Source of the DNA: Cellulosilyticum sp.
Lineage (GTDB): Bacteria; Bacillota; Clostridia; Lachnospirales; Cellulosilyticaceae
DNA: 32,000 bases
Assembly: GCA_017941635.1 (NCBI GenBank)
Contig: JAGAVZ010000107.1
Coordinates: forward strand, 1 to 32,000
Direction of reading: 5' to 3'
The position numbers and the translations under genes were made by a program. Position 1 is the stretch's first letter. Each line of letters opens with the position of its first letter. The notes under the pieces were generated by a model, which was given only the letters and a program-made list of their open reading frames with translations, did not search any database and was not told the origin of the DNA. Positions 26,427-32,000 of the stretch are shown here, in pieces.

Positions 26427-26498
26427 ATAAAACCCTCCTAGTATTTTTATAGTAATGCGGTCGCCAAACCCACATTCTATTATACTAGGAGGTTTTAT
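26427..26498 (-). promoter_or_regulatory. Stem-loop predicted to sequester the tnpA ribosome-binding site
   Basis: ATAAAACCTCCTAGTAT (26498..26482 on the minus strand) pairs with ATACTAGGAGGGTTTTAT (26444..26427), which contains the SD AGGAGG directly before the ATG. 17-18 bp with one bulged G and a ~37-nt loop. Confidence 0.5.
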
Positions 26499-26560
26499 AT
26501 ACTAAAGTATTTTTTATTTACCCCTAGTAGAACTAGGGGTTTAATTACGCTAAAGCACCC

Positions 26561-26600
26561 AATTAAAAACCCCTTGAAATCAATGATTTCAAGGGGTTCC
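26561..26600 (-). terminator. Rho-independent terminator after the GGGtGRT gene (or IS200 left-end terminator)
   Basis: Perfect 13-bp stem AACCCCTTGAAAT/ATTTCAAGGGGTT (26568..26580 and 26586..26598) with a 5-nt loop, followed on the minus strand by TTTAATT. It lies 43 nt after the stop codon. Confidence 0.65.
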
Positions 26601-26641
26601 ATAAAGAATAATTATCTATTCCCAAATTATTTGTTCATGAA

Positions 26642-27643
26642 CTATTTGTTCATGTTTTCTTCGATTGCTACTGCAACTGCAACAGTCATACCAACCATTG
26701 GGTTGTTACCAGCACCAATAAGACCCATCATTTCTACGTGAGCAGGAACTGATGAAGATCCAGCGAATTGTGCATCTGAGTGCATTCTTCCCATAGTATC
26801 TGTCATACCGTAAGAAGCTGGACCAGCTGCCATGTTATCTGGGTGAAGTGTACGACCTGTACCACCACCAGATGCTACTGAGAAGTATTTTTTACCTTCT
26901 TCAATGCATTCTTTTTTGTATGTTCCAGCTACTGGATGTTGGAAACGAGTTGGGTTTGTTGAGTTACCTGTGATAGATACGTCAACACCTTCAAGGTGCA
27001 TGATTGCAACACCTTCACGAACATCGTCTGCACCGTAGCAACGAACTTTTGATCTTTCTCCATCAGAGTATTTGAACTCTTTAACAACGTTTACTTTACC
27101 TGTAGCGTAGTCAAATTGTGTTTGCACATATGTGAAACCATTGATACGAGAGATAATTTGAGCAGCATCTTTACCAAGACCATTTAAGATAACTCTTAAA
27201 TCTTCTTTACGTACTTTGTTTGCAGAACGTGCAATACCGATAGCACCTTCAGCAGCTGCGAAACTTTCGTGACCAGCTAAGAATGCGAAACATTTTGTGT
27301 TTTCGTCAAGAAGCATAGCTCCTAAGTTACCGTGTCCTAAACCTACTTTACGGTCATCAGCAACAGAACCTGGAATACAGAATGCTTGAAGACCTTCACC
27401 GATAGCTTTAGCTGCATCAGCTGCTTTGTGGCAACCTTTTTTAAGTGCAATAGCAGCACCTAAAACGTAAGCCCAACCAGCATTTTCAAAAGCGATTGGT
27501 TGAATTCCTTTAACGATTTCATATGGATCAAATCCATTTTCTTGACAAAGTGTTCTTGCTTCTTCAATATCTTTAATGCCGTATTTTTCACAAACAGCAT
27601 TGATTTGGTTAATTCTTCTATCATAAGACTCAAATAATGGCAT
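26642..27643 (-). CDS. GGGtGRT-motif protein (conserved, function unknown)
   Basis: 333 aa. The eponymous motif SGGGTGRTLHP is encoded at 26849..26869 (GGT GGT GGT ACA GGT CGT ACA). Starts 14 nt after the NifU-like gene stop. Confidence 0.85.
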   Translation of the reverse strand: MPLFESYDRRINQINAVCEKYGIKDIEEARTLCQENGFDPYEIVKGIQPIAFENAGWAYVLGAAIALKKGCHKAADAAKAIGEGLQAFCIPGSVADDRKVGLGHGNLGAMLLDENTKCFAFLAGHESFAAAEGAIGIARSANKVRKEDLRVILNGLGKDAAQIISRINGFTYVQTQFDYATGKVNVVKEFKYSDGERSKVRCYGADDVREGVAIMHLEGVDVSITGNSTNPTRFQHPVAGTYKKECIEEGKKYFSVASGGGTGRTLHPDNMAAGPASYGMTDTMGRMHSDAQFAGSSSVPAHVEMMGLIGAGNNPMVGMTVAVAVAIEENMNK

Positions 27644-27657
27644 TTTTCGGCACCTCC

Positions 27658-28350
27658 CTATTCATGTCTTGGGTCAACTGTACGAACAGCATCATTAAAT
27701 CTGCCGTATTGACCTGTAGCTTTTTCAATTGCTTCTTCAGCACTCATACCTTTTTTGATGAAATCCATCATTTTACCAAAGTGGATGAATTTGTATCCAA
27801 TGATTTGGTCATCAGCATCTAAGGCAATGTTTGTTACATAACCTTCAGCCATTTCAAGGTATCTTGGTCCTTTAGCTTTTGTTGAGTACATTGTACCAAC
27901 TTGGCTACGAAGTCCTTTTCCAAGATCTTCAAGACCAGCACCGATAGGAAGTCCACCTTCTGAGAATGCAGTTTGAGTTCTTCCGTACACGATTTGTAAG
28001 AATAACTCACGCATCGCTGTGTTAATAGCATCACAAACTAAGTCTGTGTTAAGTGCTTCAAGGATTGTTTTACCTGTTAAGATTTCTGCTGCCATAGCTG
28101 CAGAGTGTGTCATACCAGAACATCCGATTGTTTCTACTAACGCTTCTTCGATGATACCATCTTTAACGTTAAGTGTTAGTTTACAAGCACCTTGTTGTGG
28201 TGCACACCAACCAATACCGTGTGTAAGACCGCTAATATCTTTAATTTCTCTTGCTTGTACCCATTTTCCTTCTGTTGGAATTGGTGCTGGACCATGGTTT
28301 GGTCCTTTAGCGATAGGGCACATTTGTTCTACTTCATGTGAATAAATCAT
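27658..28350 (-). CDS. NifU/IscU-N-like iron-sulfur scaffold-type protein with extra C-terminal region
   Basis: IscU-like spacing of three Cys (GWCAPQQGAC, ETIGCSGMTHSAAMAAE, DLVCDAINTA). Start set at ATG 28350 (MIYSHEV..), with GGAAAGGAG upstream. The track ORF extends 15 codons further to 28395. Confidence 0.8.
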   Translation of the reverse strand: MIYSHEVEQMCPIAKGPNHGPAPIPTEGKWVQAREIKDISGLTHGIGWCAPQQGACKLTLNVKDGIIEEALVETIGCSGMTHSAAMAAEILTGKTILEALNTDLVCDAINTAMRELFLQIVYGRTQTAFSEGGLPIGAGLEDLGKGLRSQVGTMYSTKAKGPRYLEMAEGYVTNIALDADDQIIGYKFIHFGKMMDFIKKGMSAEEAIEKATGQYGRFNDAVRTVDPRHE

Positions 28351-28456
28351 TATAATGACTCCTTTCCACTTTGTATATTTAAAGATGCTCTTCATATGAA
28401 AGTTATGCTTTATATTAAGTTGGCTCTTTAAATCAAAAATTTAACAATACACATTT

Positions 28457-28485
28457 ATTGTATAGGTGGATAAGGAATATGTCAA
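28457..28485 (-). promoter_or_regulatory. Putative strong sigma-A promoter of the NifU-like/GGGtGRT operon
   Basis: Minus strand: TTGACA (28485..28480), 17-nt spacer, TACAAT (28462..28457). Confidence 0.5.
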
Positions 28486-28509
28486 TATTTATCCAGTTTA
28501 TTATTACGT

Positions 28510-31290
28510 TTAATATTTGTAAATTGTAAAATTTTGTTTAGCCGTATAACCTTTTTTGGTCATAATAGCAGTTTTCCCGCTATTTACTGTTTTTTCATAC
28601 GTTTCACTTTTATTTGCAATGGATTGTGGCGTTGATAAAATAATTTCCTTTTGCAATTTAATAATTTCTTTTGGCGATTTCCCCCACAAGATTAAATGTT
28701 CCATAATGCCACTTTGTTCTAAAGGTGTTCCCAATAATTTATATTGTCCATGAACCTTACTCATTGCCTCTGCCTTACTTAAATTTAAATCTTTTTCTTT
28801 AATCTCTTGTTTTAAATAACAGATACTCTCTTCTATAATCGGAAGCGAACTCCTATAGTCTGGATCACGATACGTATAAATCCCTATTGTCTGTAAATCA
28901 TATACCTGGCAACCTGCTCCATATGCCCCCATTTTTACTCTAATTTTAGGATTAAAATAGTTCTTGGTTAAATAGGCTGCTAATAAATAATCACTACCAT
29001 CTATTCCTTCTGGACTAAATAGATTCTTATAACAAAAATCTACATCTGCCTCATTGTAGATAATATATGTGCCTTCTGGAATTTCAAATTGATAATTTGC
29101 TTTTAAATTCGGTTGATTTGGAAAGGATTCTAAAATACTCTTCCAGCTCTTGGCATAAACATTTTCTCCTTTTTTAGGAACAGCTGTGGCAAGAATCGTC
29201 CCCCCTTTATGATACAACGCTTCATCCATCTGCTTGATATGCTGAATCCAAGTATTATGTTTCACCTGTAACAGATTCTGACAAAAACAATAAAATGGAT
29301 AACCTTGTTGATAAAGATAAGCGCCTCTTTCATCTTGACTACCTAATGCAAGTTGAGACAACGTAGATAAAGCATTACTTTTACTACTTCCTTTCATCCC
29401 CAACGTAAGTTCTATAAGCTTTTGTCTATACCAAGCATCTGGTCTACTATTTAAGTATTGTCTTGCTTGGTTAAACAACACACCATGTTCTCTTTCATCT
29501 GCTGTAGTTGTAATCGTCAGTTTAAAACAAGGCCAATACCCATCTTTTAGTGGATAGGCAGTACACTGAGTGAGGATGGATCCACTAAACGGTGTAATAT
29601 CCTTGGCACTCTCTTCAAATAAATAACTGTATAAATACAAATAAAACAAGTCTTTTTGTTCAATATGACTGGTATTTAAATATAGAGTAGACCTTGCTAA
29701 CTTAGTCTCGACTCTACTTTCCATTTCCCAATATTGATTTTGTTTTGTAATACTTGGAATTACTTTAGGTTCAATCACCAACTGGTCTAATGCTACTGGT
29801 TGTAAATCACCTTCTTGATTTTGCCATTTTTGAATTTCCTTATAAATCTCAGTCCACTTTGCCTCCCCAATAGGTGATAATTCTTGTGGATTGGCAAGCT
29901 CATAACGCCCAGGCAGCAAATTAAATGTATACCTCTTTGCATCCTCAAATAGTAATCGACTAATCGATTGATTCATAGAATCCATTTTTTCTAGATTTTC
30001 TTTCAGAAGATAATATTGATTTTCTGCTCTATCATGAGCCCAACCATCTAAAATACTTTGCGCAATGGTAACACCCTTATTATTACTATTTTCTTGTTTG
30101 GCAGAAATCCACTTGGCTTCTTTTAAAATATCTTGTTCTAAAAAAACATTTTTTCTAATCTTTTGGGGCAACTCTTCAAGTATGCTATCTATCTTCTTTG
30201 AGTACTCATCTACTTGGTTAATTGGTACATCTGTTACCACTAGTGTATAAATAGGATACGGTACATCATCATCTTTAAGCCATTTAACATGCATCCCTAA
30301 CTGCCCTAGCTCATTTTGAAAATAAGTCTGTGGACTCATCATATAGGCACTCATCCATAAATCCAATTGCTGCAAGGCCTCAACTGTAACTGGATTTTCT
30401 AATACAAACGTCTTAACAATGCAAGCTTTATCTTGTGTTGGTAGCACCTCATAAGACTCATTTTGCATTGGATTAATCTGAGACACACTTAAATCAACAC
30501 CTACTTGTCTCTCTTTTCCCTCTACATAAGGCAAAATACTTTGCAAGGTCTCCTTAATCGGTAAATCTCCATAAATAATAATTTTCATATTTCCTGGGTA
30601 ATAATAACGTTTATATGTGTCTACAAATTGCTCATAGGTGAGTGTGGGAATGGCATTTGGTTCCCCTCCACTATCATAGGCATAGTGACTCTCTTTATAG
30701 ATCGCACGTCTAATTGTTCTATAAACTGCACGGTCAATACTACTATAGGCTCCCTTCATTTCATTATAAACAACTCCTCCACAACGTCCTTCTTCCGGTA
30801 CGCTATGGAATCCTTCTTCATAAAAACCATAAGGTTGATTTAATAAATTAGGGGCAAAGACTGCATCTAAATAAATATCTCTTAAAGCGTTATAGCATGG
30901 TAAATAAGGCGTTGAAAAAGGAAAAATAGTCATATCACCACTTGTAAGTGCGTTCATATACGTACTTGGATAGGCTTCGCTTGCATCAAAAAAAACACTT
31001 GGAGATGGATACTGATTAGACCCTGTAAATAGGGTATGTTCTATAATATGATTCACTCCTGTATCATCTATTGTAGGTGTCTTGACCCCTATTGTAAAAG
31101 CTTTATTGACATCCTCATTTTCAATCCAAATCACTTCTAAGCCACTTTGAGCGTGTTGGTAAGTATGCCAAATATCTTCACCATAACGCTTTTTACTTAC
31201 CTCTTTGAATCCTTGTACTTTAGCTTGAATCGGCGTTATACAGCACAATAAAACAAACAAAACGCTCCATACAATCTTTTTTTGATTCAT
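28510..31290 (-). CDS. M16-family (insulinase/PreP-like) zinc metallopeptidase with N-terminal signal peptide
   Basis: 926 aa. Inverted zinc motif HxxEH in VNHIIEHTLFTGS, plus YNEMKG downstream. N-terminus MNQKKIVWSVLFVLLCCITPIQA looks like a cleavable signal. Confidence 0.88.
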   Translation of the reverse strand: MNQKKIVWSVLFVLLCCITPIQAKVQGFKEVSKKRYGEDIWHTYQHAQSGLEVIWIENEDVNKAFTIGVKTPTIDDTGVNHIIEHTLFTGSNQYPSPSVFFDASEAYPSTYMNALTSGDMTIFPFSTPYLPCYNALRDIYLDAVFAPNLLNQPYGFYEEGFHSVPEEGRCGGVVYNEMKGAYSSIDRAVYRTIRRAIYKESHYAYDSGGEPNAIPTLTYEQFVDTYKRYYYPGNMKIIIYGDLPIKETLQSILPYVEGKERQVGVDLSVSQINPMQNESYEVLPTQDKACIVKTFVLENPVTVEALQQLDLWMSAYMMSPQTYFQNELGQLGMHVKWLKDDDVPYPIYTLVVTDVPINQVDEYSKKIDSILEELPQKIRKNVFLEQDILKEAKWISAKQENSNNKGVTIAQSILDGWAHDRAENQYYLLKENLEKMDSMNQSISRLLFEDAKRYTFNLLPGRYELANPQELSPIGEAKWTEIYKEIQKWQNQEGDLQPVALDQLVIEPKVIPSITKQNQYWEMESRVETKLARSTLYLNTSHIEQKDLFYLYLYSYLFEESAKDITPFSGSILTQCTAYPLKDGYWPCFKLTITTTADEREHGVLFNQARQYLNSRPDAWYRQKLIELTLGMKGSSKSNALSTLSQLALGSQDERGAYLYQQGYPFYCFCQNLLQVKHNTWIQHIKQMDEALYHKGGTILATAVPKKGENVYAKSWKSILESFPNQPNLKANYQFEIPEGTYIIYNEADVDFCYKNLFSPEGIDGSDYLLAAYLTKNYFNPKIRVKMGAYGAGCQVYDLQTIGIYTYRDPDYRSSLPIIEESICYLKQEIKEKDLNLSKAEAMSKVHGQYKLLGTPLEQSGIMEHLILWGKSPKEIIKLQKEIILSTPQSIANKSETYEKTVNSGKTAIMTKKGYTAKQNFTIYKY

Positions 31291-31326
31291 GACTTTTCTC
31301 CTTTTATATTTTTAGTCTGAGTTTAT

Positions 31327-31353
31327 TTGTAGTATGGTTTTGCTTGTAGTATG
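31327..31353. repeat. Direct repeat TTGTAGTATG x2 (17-bp phasing) in the divergent intergenic region
   Basis: 31327..31336 and 31344..31353 are identical 10-mers. Confidence 0.8.
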
Positions 31354-31424
31354 TGCTTTTTTATCTTTATCTATGTTTTAAGAATTGTAATATTGTGTTT
31401 TTGTTCTACTTCAATACTTCATCT

Positions 31425-31433
31425 CATAAAATA
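31425..31433 (+). promoter_or_regulatory. Mother-cell sigma (sigma-K/sigma-E)-like -10 element upstream of the SleC-like gene
   Basis: CATAAAATA fits CATAnnnTA and lies 38 nt before the ATG. The upstream AC dinucleotide is only 15 nt away, which is non-ideal spacing. Confidence 0.25.
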
Positions 31434-31471
31434 TAGATAGCTTTTTATGTAATACTATAGGAGGAATTTAT

Positions 31472-32000
31472 ATGTCTTATACCCCAATCCCCCCTACCAT
31501 GTCTCGGCAAAACTTTGGTTCTTTATCCGTTCAGATTTCTTCGTCTCAAACTGAAGGCCCACTTCAACCTCTAGAAGGTATTAATGTTACAATTAAAGGA
31601 ATTTCTCCCACCGGTGAATCTACAATTCTATCTCAGCTCACAACCAACTCTGTTGGGCAAACTGAAGACATCGTTCTAGAAGCACCTCCTGTTGAATTAA
31701 GCTTAGACCAAACTAATACACAAATGCCTTATTCCACTTATCGGGTAGAGACCTCTTCTCCTAATTACGTGGATGCTGTTGTGGATGGTACGCAAATTTT
31801 TGCAAATACACGCTCTATTCAACCTATTACCTTGCAACCTACCAATAATAGCACTACACCAAATACTACAGGGGCAAGAGGTAGTTTATTGAGCAGACAA
31901 CTCTTTGAAAATATTGTGATTGGTCCTGCAACACTCTATGGTGATTATCCTGAAAAAATTCCTGAGGCACCCATTAAAGCTATTACACCCGGTTCTGGTT
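31472..32000 (+). CDS. sleC: N-terminal part of a SleC-like spore cortex-lytic enzyme (pre-pro region); 3' end outside the window
   Basis: ATG 31472 with AGGAGG 7 nt upstream. 176 codons are open to the window end (own translation: MSYTPIPPTMSRQNFGSLSVQISS...ENIVIGPATLYGDYPEKIPEAPIKAITPGSG). The IG..TLYG.YP.KIPE segment and overall layout match my recollection of clostridial SleC. Absent from the ORF track because no stop is reached. Confidence 0.55.
   Translation, partial: MSYTPIPPTMSRQNFGSLSVQISSSQTEGPLQPLEGINVTIKGISPTGESTILSQLTTNSVGQTEDIVLEAPPVELSLDQTNTQMPYSTYRVETSSPNYVDAVVDGTQIFANTRSIQPITLQPTNNSTTPNTTGARGSLLSRQLFENIVIGPATLYGDYPEKIPEAPIKAITPGSG

Larger units (their letters stand above)
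25815..26545 (-). mobile_element. IS200-type insertion sequence (IS200/IS605 family, tnpA only); boundaries approximate
   Basis: Intact Y1/HUH transposase gene flanked by subterminal hairpins, with no terminal inverted repeats. About 0.7 kb, as expected for IS200. The CCCCTAG-containing hairpins at 26521..26539 and 25849..25863 are candidate LE/RE recognition hairpins. Confidence 0.7.

Noticed and set aside
25583-26641. IS200 insertion having disrupted a gene
   Set aside because: No ORF fragments or frame remnants flank the element. It lies between a terminator and a promoter region, so it appears to be an intergenic insertion.
28351-28456. Riboswitch or leader element in the ~100-nt 5' UTR of the NifU-like/GGGtGRT operon
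   Set aside because: The region is AT-rich with no evident conserved helices, and I recognise no known aptamer core. The in-frame upstream ATG at 28395 makes the UTR length itself uncertain.
985-30843. All other plus-strand ORFs in the track (e.g. 985..1233, 1815..2039, 4575..4832, 4841..5146, 6102..6353, 8600..8812, 8923..9270, 9503..10041, 11055..11237, 14394..14675, 17968..18204, 18486..18725, 20411..20689, 22037..22246, 22564..22809, 23080..23295, 27637..27822, 28019..28345, 28556..28753, 30065..30250, 30628..30843)
   Set aside because: Each lies antisense within, or straddles, confidently identified minus-strand genes. Their composition is S/P/L/I-rich and none has a recognisable motif or RBS. 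These are shadow ORFs.

Overview
AT-rich chromosomal segment from a spore-forming Firmicute, most likely class Clostridia. Thirty-four consecutive genes lie on the minus strand. Only the last gene, truncated at the right edge, is on the plus strand. In transcription order (right to left) the window holds: (1) a signal-peptide-bearing M16 (insulinase-type) metallopeptidase; (2) a two-gene operon of a NifU/IscU-like protein and a 'GGGtGRT'-motif protein of unknown function, with a near-consensus promoter and an intrinsic terminator; (3) an intact IS200-type insertion sequence (tnpA only) with several terminal hairpins; (4) a complete Gram-positive type IV pilus locus (pilB, pilC, pilA, pilD, minor pilin, pilM, pilN, a double-length pilO-like gene, a 392-aa pilin, an 823-aa PilX-N-like protein, a 404-aa lipoprotein); (5) a yqeG-type HAD phosphatase, an orphan GspH/FimT-like pilin, aroK, an M24 Xaa-Pro peptidase and efp; (6) the eight-gene spoIIIAA-AH sporulation operon; (7) an asp23-family gene, nusB, xseA, xseB, ispA and a DUF212/YuiD-like membrane protein. 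A SleC-like ORF missing from the ORF track starts at 31472 (+) and runs off the window. I found no rRNA, tRNA or CRISPR array. The housekeeping and sporulation part is ordinary and syntenic with Bacillus subtilis. The parts worth a second look are the family-less distal genes of the pilus operon, a textbook tandem MshEN c-di-GMP motif in PilB, the uncharacterised NifU-like/GGGtGRT pair, and the hairpin-rich IS200 copy between the two operons. All family assignments come from motif and synteny recognition by eye; no database search was run.
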